Assembly (NCBI GenBank): GCA_025454475.1
Contig: JALOOJ010000003.1
Coordinates: 1 to 60,705 of the forward strand
Length of the DNA: 60,705 bases
From: Anaerolineae bacterium
GTDB lineage: Bacteria > Chloroflexota > Anaerolineae > B4-G1 > SLSP01
Direction: 5' to 3'
A model generated the notes under the pieces. That model was not told the DNA's origin. It saw nothing but the letters and a program-made list of their open reading frames with translations, and ran no database searches. Both the position numbers and the translations under genes were made by a program. Of the stretch, positions 36,041 to 44,649 are shown in pieces. Each line of letters begins with the position of its first letter. Position 1 is the stretch's first letter.

Positions 36041-37744
36041 ATGACGCGCACTTCCCAGAGCCGCCCACACGTGCGCGGGAGGAACAGCCGTAGCTTCCGG
36101 TATGCTACTGGCACCCTGGTCTTTGTGGCGCTGCTCATAGGCCTGTCTAGCCCGGTCACGGCCAACCAGGAGGCCCTTCGTGAGAGCCTCAGCGTTCGGT
36201 TCGACGGCGGCGAAGTTGTCAGGATCGCCGTTGCGTCTCAGGCGGAACTGGCCCGACTGGCTCAGCGATTGGACATCTGGGAGATGGTGACCCCGTCACG
36301 GGGCATCGGCGCGGCAAGCGTGGTCGCCCGGATCACCCAAGCGGATGCCCGCTGGCTGCTTGCGCAGGGTATCGGCTTCGATGTCGTGCCTGCTGCGCCC
36401 GCTCAGGCCCTCACCATCCCGGATTTCCCGTGCTATCGGACGGTCGACGAGCTGTATGCCCAGTTGGCCTTGTGGACCGGGCAGTATCCGGGGCTGTCCG
36501 ATCTCGTGTCGCTGGGCACAAGTTATGAGGGGCGTCCCCTCTGGGTTCTGCGCCTCACCAATCTGGGGACAGGGCTGGACAAACCCACTTTCCTCCTTAT
36601 GGCCAACATCCACGGGCGGGAGCTCATCACGCCCGAGACCGCGATGGCGTTCGCCGAGCGGCTCCTGGAAGGATACGGAGACAACGCAGACACCACGTGG
36701 TTGCTGGATCAGCATCGCATTGAGATTATGGTGACGGCGAACCCTGATGGCCACGTGCGCAATGAGGCTGGCTCCCCGTGGGCCTACTGGCGCAAGAATG
36801 CCAATCCAAGCAACGGCCCATGCGGAAGTACGACCTTCGGCGTAGATCTCAACCGCAATTCCAGCTTCGCCTGGGGCGGCGCAAGTGGCGATCCATGCAG
36901 CCTGACCTACCAGGGGCCCTATGCAGCCTCCGAGACCGAGACACAGGTAGTCCAAGGATATCTCCAGACCCTCTTCGCAGATCAGCGCGCGCCGGGCGAC
37001 GCTCCTGCGCCTGACGATGCAACCGGGCTGTTTATCTCACTTCACAGTTACAGCAACCTCGTGTTGTGGCCCTGGGGGCACACAACCACCATAGCGCCGA
37101 ACGACGCGCAACTGGCTCAGCTTGGGCGAAAGCTGACGTCGTTCAACGGTTACATCGCCCAACAGGCCAGCGCGCTCTACCCGGCCTCGGGCACCACGGA
37201 CGATTTCGCCTATGGGGAGCTAGGGGTTGCGGCTTACACCTTCGAGATCGGCAGCGCCATGGATGGCTTCTACCCACCCTGTTCGCGCTACGATGCGTTG
37301 ATCCGGCCCAATCTGGACGCTCTCCTGTACGCGGCTAAGGTCGCGCGGACACCCTACCTGACCCCGGCAGGCCCTGATGCGGTGGCAGTCAGCGCTCGGG
37401 CCACGCTTGTCACGGGGGCTCCCGTCATTACCATCACCGCCAGCATCGATGATCGAGGTAACGGCGGGCTGGCGGTTACCGAAGCGGAGGTCTATGTCGA
37501 CGCGTTTCCGTGGCAGGGCGCAAGCCCTGTCTCGTTGACCGCTGCCGATGGCGCATTCAACGGCCCTATGGAGGCCGTCACGGGTACATTGGTCTTGACG
37601 ACGACCATATCTGACTACACACAGAGCAGGCACATGGTCCTTGTGCGGGGCAAAGATGCAGGCGGGGCCTGGGGTCCTATCACTGCGGCGTACGTCATCA
37701 CGGTTAACCCGGTGTACTTGCCGTTCATAGCACGCATGGATTGA
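36041..37744 (+). CDS. Secreted M14 zinc carboxypeptidase (carboxypeptidase T-like)
   Basis: N-terminal hydrophobic signal; HGRE, NPDG, WRKN, DLNRN, SLHSY, YTFEIG; C-terminal VYLPFIAR. Confidence 0.9.
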   Translation: MTRTSQSRPHVRGRNSRSFRYATGTLVFVALLIGLSSPVTANQEALRESLSVRFDGGEVVRIAVASQAELARLAQRLDIWEMVTPSRGIGAASVVARITQADARWLLAQGIGFDVVPAAPAQALTIPDFPCYRTVDELYAQLALWTGQYPGLSDLVSLGTSYEGRPLWVLRLTNLGTGLDKPTFLLMANIHGRELITPETAMAFAERLLEGYGDNADTTWLLDQHRIEIMVTANPDGHVRNEAGSPWAYWRKNANPSNGPCGSTTFGVDLNRNSSFAWGGASGDPCSLTYQGPYAASETETQVVQGYLQTLFADQRAPGDAPAPDDATGLFISLHSYSNLVLWPWGHTTTIAPNDAQLAQLGRKLTSFNGYIAQQASALYPASGTTDDFAYGELGVAAYTFEIGSAMDGFYPPCSRYDALIRPNLDALLYAAKVARTPYLTPAGPDAVAVSARATLVTGAPVITITASIDDRGNGGLAVTEAEVYVDAFPWQGASPVSLTAADGAFNGPMEAVTGTLVLTTTISDYTQSRHMVLVRGKDAGGAWGPITAAYVITVNPVYLPFIARMD

Positions 37745-37991
37745 TTGGAGATCTGTGGGGGCGTACGGCATCACCCGGATCCAGCAGTGCATCCTCTTGG
37801 GCGCGTTGTTGCTCAGGTTTTTCGGGCTACGACTCAACTGGCACGACGCGATTCAGAGCCCCGGCGGCGCCTGTCCGGCGAACAGCCCAACTCTAGGCGC
37901 TTGCTTCTGAGCGACCTCGCCACCAATAAGGCCCGCGCAGGCTACGCCCGGATTGTCGTTCGTGGCATCCGCGGTAAGATCATTCTTACTT

Positions 37992-38360
37992 ATGAAGCGA
38001 CTTCTCGCGTTCCTTGTCGGGATAGCAGCGGGAATCGGCTTGGCAATGCTGATCGGTTGGGTTCTCTTTCCCCTCGACCGGCAGGAGATTACGCCTGCCT
38101 CGATGCGCGCCGATTATCAGGCTGAGTATCTGCGCCTCGTTGCTGCCGCTTACCAGGCGGAAGGTGACATCGCCGTCGCCGATCTGCGCCTGAGGGCCCT
38201 CGGCGCGAGCCCCTACACCGCACCATTGGTGGTATTGACAGAGCGTTGGATCCAGGAGGGCCGCAGCACCGATCTTGTTACGCCGCTAGCTCTTCTCGCA
38301 TTGGCATTGGAGGTGGACTCACCCGCGATGGCGCCATACCTTGCCAGGAGTCGCGAGTGA
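37992..38360 (+). CDS. Hypothetical membrane-anchored protein
   Basis: N-terminal TM helix followed by P..L..DY..EY..LVA..Y; similar to the next gene's N-terminus. Confidence 0.7.
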   Translation: MKRLLAFLVGIAAGIGLAMLIGWVLFPLDRQEITPASMRADYQAEYLRLVAAAYQAEGDIAVADLRLRALGASPYTAPLVVLTERWIQEGRSTDLVTPLALLALALEVDSPAMAPYLARSRE

Positions 38361-39367
38361 GATCGTGGGGCGTTTTGATCGTGGGGCTGCTCCTCGGGCT
38401 GGTGGGAGGCTTGATTTTCACCTGGTTTGTCATGCCCCTTAGGTACTTCGACACCTATCCGCCTATGATGGCAGCGCGCTACCGCCAGGACTGGATCCGG
38501 ATGGCGACCTGGAGCTATGGGTTGGATGGCAATTGGGAGCGTACACAGACGCGGCTGCTCAATCTTCCACCGTCAGAGATCGCTGCAGTCTCCACCGAAG
38601 CTCTCGAACGCGCGGCAGCAGAGGGGCGCCCAGCAGAGATCCTACAGCGTATTGCAGGCCTGGCCCTGGCCTATGGGGCTTCCGGGCCAGGTGTCAGCGT
38701 CTATGCAGAGGGCGACGGCGCACTCGCTTTGCCCGCCACCGAGCAACTGCCCAGTCCCACAGTCCCGCTGGTCGAGCTGTCCCCCACTGAGACGGCAACA
38801 CCCCGACCTCAGCCAACACCGCGCTCAGCCGCAGCAGCCGGAACTGCGACACCACCAGCACTCACGATGACCGACCCCATCTCGATTGTCTCGCAGACGT
38901 TGACCTGTGAGCTCGAGCCAATCCTGGCCATATCACTCGAGATGTCTCAGACCGTCAGCATCCGGGGACGTGAGACCCAGGGGTTGGTGGGCTTGCCGAT
39001 GCGTGAGATCTGGCTCATCTGGGATGACGGTGCCGATCGCGCCATCACAGGGCTGCGTCCGCAGAAGGGCTTGGGCTATGCTGATTTCGCGGTAGTGCCT
39101 GACCGTACATATAACCTCTACATCGACTCACCAAGCGGCCGCCCGATCCTTACTCTACAGGTTGAGCCATGCCCGCCAGCTGAGGGAACGGGATGGGTCT
39201 CCCGGATGTTGATCCTGCGCGAGGCCCTCGATCCGCTTCCACGGACCACGGGCGACTCGCCCGTTCCGCCGCTGACGGTGTCTGAGACGCTGACGCTGTC
39301 GCCGACACTGAGGGTATTGGCGACACCTTCAGTGTCGGCGACACCCTCATCCACGCCCTCAGACTGA
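38357..39367 (+). CDS. Hypothetical membrane-anchored protein with Pro/Thr-rich linker
   Basis: GTG overlapping upstream TGA (GTGA); TM helix, paralogous N-domain, Pro/Thr-rich tracts. Confidence 0.7.
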   Translation: MRSWGVLIVGLLLGLVGGLIFTWFVMPLRYFDTYPPMMAARYRQDWIRMATWSYGLDGNWERTQTRLLNLPPSEIAAVSTEALERAAAEGRPAEILQRIAGLALAYGASGPGVSVYAEGDGALALPATEQLPSPTVPLVELSPTETATPRPQPTPRSAAAAGTATPPALTMTDPISIVSQTLTCELEPILAISLEMSQTVSIRGRETQGLVGLPMREIWLIWDDGADRAITGLRPQKGLGYADFAVVPDRTYNLYIDSPSGRPILTLQVEPCPPAEGTGWVSRMLILREALDPLPRTTGDSPVPPLTVSETLTLSPTLRVLATPSVSATPSSTPSD

Positions 39368-39372
39368 CAGCA

Positions 39373-39400
39373 TTGCCCGTACCGAGCCTTAGCATATAAT
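39373..39400 (+). promoter_or_regulatory. Sigma-70-like promoter
   Basis: TTGCCC (39373-39378), 16-nt spacer, TATAAT (39395-39400) upstream of the YtxH-like gene. Confidence 0.6.
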
Positions 39401-39436
39401 ACGGTATGGAGTCAACGGATCAGCGGAGGTGAAACT

Positions 39437-39691
39437 ATGCGCAAGTTCTTTGTATTCCTTGCCGGAGTTCTCGCAGGTGCTTGGACCGGGGGGATGCTCT
39501 CGTTGCTCTTCGCCCCGGCTTCGGGATCCGAGCTGCAGGTGCGAATTCGAGAGGGTGTGAACCGGTTGGTCGACGAGGGGAAGTCAGCAGCTGAGAACCG
39601 GCGTCACGAGTTGGAAGAGCAGTTGGAGTCCTTTAAGCAAGGGCGCCCCATCACGCTGCAGACAGCTGAGGAGCCGCCCAAGACCGTGTGA
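39437..39691 (+). CDS. YtxH domain-containing protein
   Basis: GGAGGT RBS; TM helix then LLFAPASGSELQ and a coiled segment. Confidence 0.85.
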   Translation: MRKFFVFLAGVLAGAWTGGMLSLLFAPASGSELQVRIREGVNRLVDEGKSAAENRRHELEEQLESFKQGRPITLQTAEEPPKTV

Positions 39692-39730
39692 GAGTCGTCC
39701 ACCGGCGTCGGCGGCCCATCGAGACAAAGA

Positions 39731-39755
39731 AACGGCGGGGACTATCCCCGCCGTT
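39731..39755. terminator. Hairpin between convergent genes, probable bidirectional terminator
   Basis: AACGGCGGGG-ACTAT-CCCCGCCGTT perfect 10-bp stem. Confidence 0.65.
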
Positions 39756-39776
39756 CTCTGTCGGTCGCGGGTATAT

Positions 39777-40511
39777 TCACCTCGCGGCGGCGATCAAGGC
39801 ATCGAAGAGCGGCAACATCGTGTCGGAGAGCTTGAGCATTGCTTCCGGATGCCACTGCACGCTGAGACAGAACGGGTGGTTCCTGAGCTCCGCCGCCTCG
39901 ACGATTCCATCAGGAGCGCGAGCCACAATCTCCAGTCCCTGTCCGGGCAGCCACGTGGCCTGGTGATGCGCGCTGTTAACCGCAAAGCGCTCGCCTCCCA
40001 GAATCCGGGCGAGCGCACTATCGGACTCGATAGCTACATCGTGGACCGGGTCCTCCATCGGCCTGCCGGGAACGTAAGCGTGGTCGAAGGTGTTGGCGAC
40101 CTGAGCCATGATGTCCTGGTACAGAGTGCCGCCCAACGCGACATTGAGCAATTGGTGTCCCCTGCAGATGGCCAGGACCGGTTTTCCCAACGCCAACCAG
40201 GCTCGGACCAGGCCCAACTCAGCATAGTCACGCTCGTCATCAACAAGGCCGGTCCAGGGCTCAAGCGCCTGTCCATAGCGGGCCGGAGCTATGTCCTCGC
40301 CGCCGGTGAGCAATAGCCCATCCAAGCGTTCTAGCAGGACAGGCCAGTCTGTCTCGTGCATCACCGGGGGGACGATTACCGGCGTACCACCGGCACGCTG
40401 GACAGCCCGCGTATAGGTGGCCCCGACGGCATGCATGGAGGTGCTAAGCAACCGGGCGGAAGTGTCCTTCCGCCCGGTCATACCGATCAATGGTTTACCC
40501 CGAGTACTCAA
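39777..40511 (-). CDS. Peptidase C26 / gamma-glutamyl-gamma-aminobutyrate hydrolase family (class I GATase fold)
   Basis: LLLTGGEDI.P..YG, LAICRGHQLLNVALGGTLYQD, NSAHHQA, VQWHPE. Confidence 0.9.
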   Translation of the reverse strand: MSTRGKPLIGMTGRKDTSARLLSTSMHAVGATYTRAVQRAGGTPVIVPPVMHETDWPVLLERLDGLLLTGGEDIAPARYGQALEPWTGLVDDERDYAELGLVRAWLALGKPVLAICRGHQLLNVALGGTLYQDIMAQVANTFDHAYVPGRPMEDPVHDVAIESDSALARILGGERFAVNSAHHQATWLPGQGLEIVARAPDGIVEAAELRNHPFCLSVQWHPEAMLKLSDTMLPLFDALIAAAR

Positions 40512-40580
40512 CGGCAGTTCCTGGAACCGGAGATGACCCAGCCGCCGCAGCCTGAAGCACGTATCGTACCGCGGACCAGA

Positions 40581-40937
40581 TCAGTCGCGACGCTCCTTAA
40601 GCCGGGCCGCACGCCCACTGAGCTCGCGAAGGAAGTAGAGCTTTGCGCGGCGAACTTTAGCATGCCGCATGACCTCGACCCGCTCCACGCGGGGGGAGTA
40701 CAGCAGAAAGGTGCGCTCGACGCCAATGCCATTCGACGCAATGCGCCGCACTGTGAAGCTCGCGCCGGCGCTCTTCCCGTTGCGCATTCGGATAATCGTG
40801 CCCTGGAAGGGCTGAATGCGCTCGCGATCACCCTCAACGATGCGGACGTGGACGCGAACGGTATCACCGACCGACAAATCGGGCACATTCGGATTGGGTG
40901 TTGCCATCTGGCGTTCAAGTGATTCGACCAGGTTCAT
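40581..40937 (-). CDS. rplS: 50S ribosomal protein L19
   Basis: GDTVRVHVRIVEGDRERIQPFQG, FTVRRIASNGIGVER, VRRAKLYFLR. Confidence 0.97.
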   Translation of the reverse strand: MNLVESLERQMATPNPNVPDLSVGDTVRVHVRIVEGDRERIQPFQGTIIRMRNGKSAGASFTVRRIASNGIGVERTFLLYSPRVERVEVMRHAKVRRAKLYFLRELSGRAARLKERRD

Positions 40938-41052
40938 GTTATCTATCCTCTCCCCCGAGACCTTCTCATAATGAAGCCGCCAGCAGTGGCGGCGAAATGG
41001 CATTATACCATAGTCCTCGCGAGTCGCAATGGCGCTCCGCCCGCCGGTTCGA

Positions 41053-42033
41053 TCACTTTACGCGGAGACGCCACCCTTCCTGCAGATAGTCAGGATCTCG
41101 GGGCAGGCCGCGACTGTCCCACATGTGGCCATTCCAGCTCCAGAATTGCTCACGCTTGAGCCCATGCCGCGAGATGATTCCCCAGACTGAGTCGCTGGTC
41201 TTCACCGTGATATAGACCGGCTGTGCCACGGTCGTGACACCTGCGGCAGTGCTGACACTCATCACCTTATCCTGGACTGGGCTGCGACCCTCGGTCTCCA
41301 TACACGCCACATTCACCGCCTGAACCATCGGCCAAAGCGCCCGTTCAGTGCTTGCCACATCGTAGATACTGAAGAAATCGACGCCGTGCCGCGCAATGCC
41401 CTCGACCCACGGGATGAACTCCTCGGGTAGCATCTCTTTCGCATCCGAGCTGCGGCTCTGTGACAGCACCGGGTAGACGTCCGGCGTCTTGCCCCAGATC
41501 AAGCTGAGTGCATCGAGCTTGTGGTAGACTTCCTGGTCAATGACCTCGATGGCATCGTCAGACTGTGCCGCAAAGCATAAGGGCATCCACCCACCCTGGC
41601 ACACCGATACGAGCGCCTCAAGCGCACTTCGGTCCATAGAATCAACAAGCGGCGGCGATGCGAGGAACAGACGCTGTGTCGGGATCTCGACATCGACAAG
41701 CGCCTCGGCGAGTGCCTGCAGTGGTGCGCTTGGCAGGCCGACATGCTGCGTCAACACCAACACGACCGCCTCATACCCTCGATTCAGCGACTCGGCGATA
41801 GCCCTACGTGTATCGGGTGAAGATGCACCCGTCAACTGCACCCAGGCAATCGCGATCAGGCCCAGCGAACGGACACGCTGAAGCATGTCGCGCGTCGTTT
41901 CCGGGAAAAAGATTGGACCGTGCCCAACTTTCACAAGGAGATGCGTTCCACCAATACGGGTTGCCATCTCGACCGCACGGTCGAAGTCGTGTGAATGTGT
42001 GAGCCAGATTCCCTTGCCACAAAGGTGCGCCAT
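41053..42033 (-). CDS. Hypothetical protein with probable TIM-barrel-like N-domain and C-terminal LysM domain
   Basis: GGAG RBS before ATG 42033; C-terminal YITVKTSDSVWGIISRHGL....WSWN....PDYLQEGWRLRV resembles LysM. Confidence 0.65.
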   Translation of the reverse strand: MAHLCGKGIWLTHSHDFDRAVEMATRIGGTHLLVKVGHGPIFFPETTRDMLQRVRSLGLIAIAWVQLTGASSPDTRRAIAESLNRGYEAVVLVLTQHVGLPSAPLQALAEALVDVEIPTQRLFLASPPLVDSMDRSALEALVSVCQGGWMPLCFAAQSDDAIEVIDQEVYHKLDALSLIWGKTPDVYPVLSQSRSSDAKEMLPEEFIPWVEGIARHGVDFFSIYDVASTERALWPMVQAVNVACMETEGRSPVQDKVMSVSTAAGVTTVAQPVYITVKTSDSVWGIISRHGLKREQFWSWNGHMWDSRGLPRDPDYLQEGWRLRVK

Positions 42034-42368
42034 TGAACTCTCCGCCCGAGCCGTCTGCGCATTATAGCTGTGGGGTGATAGTTGGCAAGTGGTAGCTGCA
42101 AGTTGGCGCCAGTCTGCGCAATAGGTCTGTAGCAAGGTCGCCGTTGCCAACTTGTCCCCGTTCCGAAACAGTTGCGATCGAACCTGATGCTTGACAGACT
42201 ACAGCCGTCCCTTACAATTGGTTGTATGAAAACGGTATGATCGTCGCCCGTTCTCTGCCGTGGTGCCGAGGCAGAGCGTTGCTACTCCTGAGGTAGCACG
42301 GTCCGGATTAGCTCGAGGAGATAGGCGATGCGGTTGATGTGTATCGAGGCCGAATGCGAGGTATCGAG

Positions 42369-43793
42369 ATGCACTGGGATGAGAGCTTGACTCAGCGCCA
42401 GCGCGTCATCCTCTTGGCGCTCGCACTGAGTGTCATTGGCGTCGTGTCCATGTTGGCATGGAGCGTCTGGTCGGCGTCGGGAGCAGCCTGGTCTGAGCCA
42501 TCCCCGGCACCTACACCCTTCTTCTCAACATCGGTGACACCGGCTCCAACAAGCACGGTCGATCCCACAGTGTTGAACGTGCCTACCAGCACCCCAGAGA
42601 TCTCCCTACCCGCCCCGGCATTCGATGTCTTCCGCGCCGGCTACATCTCCGCCGAGGTCGCCGCTGCACGGCAGGCGCGTACCCGCTATGACACCCCGCT
42701 AACACTCGTCGACGAGCTCGACATGGCCAGAGCCCTCTATGCTCACTATCGGGCGCGTCCTCCTTTGCCTATGCAGGTCTGGCAGGTGCTGAACGTGTTG
42801 GGCCTGTGGAGCCCGGAGCCGCCACGCATCGATATCGTGGCTCAGGCCGAACTAGTGGCGTCCCTCTACGCCCCTGAGACGGCGGAGCTCTACCTACGCC
42901 GTGACTGGGACGGGCAGCTCGCGGTCGTTGAAACACAACTTGCTTTTGGTTTCGCGCGTGCGTATTCCGATAACTACGGCGACCTCGCCGCACTTCAGGG
43001 TGACGCTGGGTCGATAGATCGTCGGTTGGCAATCGCGGCGGTGGCCCAAGGTGATGCGGTGGTCTCCGTCTGGCTGGCCAACGGTGTGATGCCGGCCCAG
43101 CCAGGTAGCATTCCCGGTGCCGCGGCTGCGATCAGAGATGACATTGCCCGTGCGTCCTGCCCGCGATGGCGGGGGGACGCAGAGCTGTTGTCTGAGGTCG
43201 CCTGTCTTGACCTGGATCTTGGGGTCGATTTCCTCTCCTCCCGGTACTGGGCTGAGGGAACCACGGCCATGGATGCCGTTGTCCTCCGCCCACCGCGGTC
43301 GACCGAACAGGTCCTGCACCCTGATCGCTATGCAATACCTGACGAACCTCTCATGCTTCTGCCGATCGAACCCGCACTAGGTCCCGGTTGGACGCTCACG
43401 CGTACAGATACGTTGGGCGAAGCGCTGATGGGGCTGGTAGTCAAAGCCTGGAGCCAGGGGGCGCTGGGCGCCGATGCAGTGACCGGATGGGGTGGTGATC
43501 TGCTGCAGGTGTGGCAAGGCCCGGAGAGCGCCACAGTCTGGGCTTGGCAGTTGGCTTGGGATGATTCGCGGACGGCGGCCTCGTTCTATGGAAACCTGCT
43601 CGACCTGATGCCGCGTGCCCTTGTAAAGGGCCTGATCAGCGACACCACATCCCCGGCATCCCTGACCGGGGGACGCTGGTGGTCCGGCAGACAGGGCACG
43701 ATCTACCTATATCGCTGTGCCAGCCACGTGTGGTTGGTGTCGGGAGATGACCCGGCAGTTGTGAGGGCGGTGGCCGAGGTTGCCCTCCCCTAG
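42369..43793 (+). CDS. Membrane-anchored protein resembling a zinc-metallopeptidase-like family but lacking HExxH
   Basis: N-terminal TM helix, Pro/Thr linker, SLYAPET..LY, A..QGDA, PPRSTEQVLHPDRY, GWGGD; start uncertain (GTG 42339 possible). Confidence 0.65.
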   Translation: MHWDESLTQRQRVILLALALSVIGVVSMLAWSVWSASGAAWSEPSPAPTPFFSTSVTPAPTSTVDPTVLNVPTSTPEISLPAPAFDVFRAGYISAEVAAARQARTRYDTPLTLVDELDMARALYAHYRARPPLPMQVWQVLNVLGLWSPEPPRIDIVAQAELVASLYAPETAELYLRRDWDGQLAVVETQLAFGFARAYSDNYGDLAALQGDAGSIDRRLAIAAVAQGDAVVSVWLANGVMPAQPGSIPGAAAAIRDDIARASCPRWRGDAELLSEVACLDLDLGVDFLSSRYWAEGTTAMDAVVLRPPRSTEQVLHPDRYAIPDEPLMLLPIEPALGPGWTLTRTDTLGEALMGLVVKAWSQGALGADAVTGWGGDLLQVWQGPESATVWAWQLAWDDSRTAASFYGNLLDLMPRALVKGLISDTTSPASLTGGRWWSGRQGTIYLYRCASHVWLVSGDDPAVVRAVAEVALP

Positions 43794-43872
43794 GCCTGGA
43801 GCATTTCGGCTGGCCAGGCCTCCCGCTCAGTAGGCAAGGCTCAAAGGTCCCTATCGCGGTCGGGCAGCATGA

Positions 43873-44628
43873 TTGCCTATGCCGCTGTTCCTGCCCCCCC
43901 GCTCCCATTTCTCACGCCGGTTTTGTGCTATCATAGGCGCCGACACTGGGCATGAGCTCGCCGCAGAGGAGGATGCGATCAAACGCTGGCTAGGTTGGTC
44001 CCTACTGAGCGTGCTGTCGATGGGTGCAGTGCTGGCCATCTGGACGATGTGGACACTGTCCGGGCGATACAACCAGGCGATCTACACGCCTGATGAGCTT
44101 TCGGTCATACCGGATCAACAGGTCGCGATCGTGTTCGGCGCAGGCTACTGGCCCAACGGGGTGCTCAGCCTGATCCTGCGAGAGCGTCTCGAAGGGGCAA
44201 TCGAGCTCTATGAGGCGGGCCGGGTGCAGAAGCTCTTGTTCAGCGGCGACAACCGGATCGCTGAGTACAATGAGCCGGCGGTCATGTTGGCCTATACGCT
44301 GGAGCGCAACATCCCGCGCGAGGACATCATCCTCGATTATGCCGGGCGTCGAACGTACGACACATGCTACCGAGCTCGGGACATCTTCGGATTGTCGCGC
44401 GCGACCTTGGTCACGCAACGCTATCACCTTCCCCGTGCGCTGGTGACATGCGGCGCATTGGGGCTGGAAGTGGTTGGATACAGCGCCAACCGCTATCAAC
44501 ACCAGGGATGGTACCTGATCCGCTATCGCCTGCGCGAAATCCCGGCTTTGTGGCTCGCCTGGTGGGAGACCCACGTGACCCATCCGACGCCGGTCTTGGG
44601 CGAGCCACTGCCTATCTTTAGTGGGTAA
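43873..44628 (+). CDS. SanA/YdcF (DUF218) family protein; start uncertain
   Basis: AIVFGAG, RERLEGAIELY, LFSGDN...YNEP..M, DYAGRRTYDTCYRA, VTQRYHLPRA. Confidence 0.88.
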   Translation: MPMPLFLPPRSHFSRRFCAIIGADTGHELAAEEDAIKRWLGWSLLSVLSMGAVLAIWTMWTLSGRYNQAIYTPDELSVIPDQQVAIVFGAGYWPNGVLSLILRERLEGAIELYEAGRVQKLLFSGDNRIAEYNEPAVMLAYTLERNIPREDIILDYAGRRTYDTCYRARDIFGLSRATLVTQRYHLPRALVTCGALGLEVVGYSANRYQHQGWYLIRYRLREIPALWLAWWETHVTHPTPVLGEPLPIFSG

Positions 44629-44649
44629 CCACAAGGGAGATACACGATC

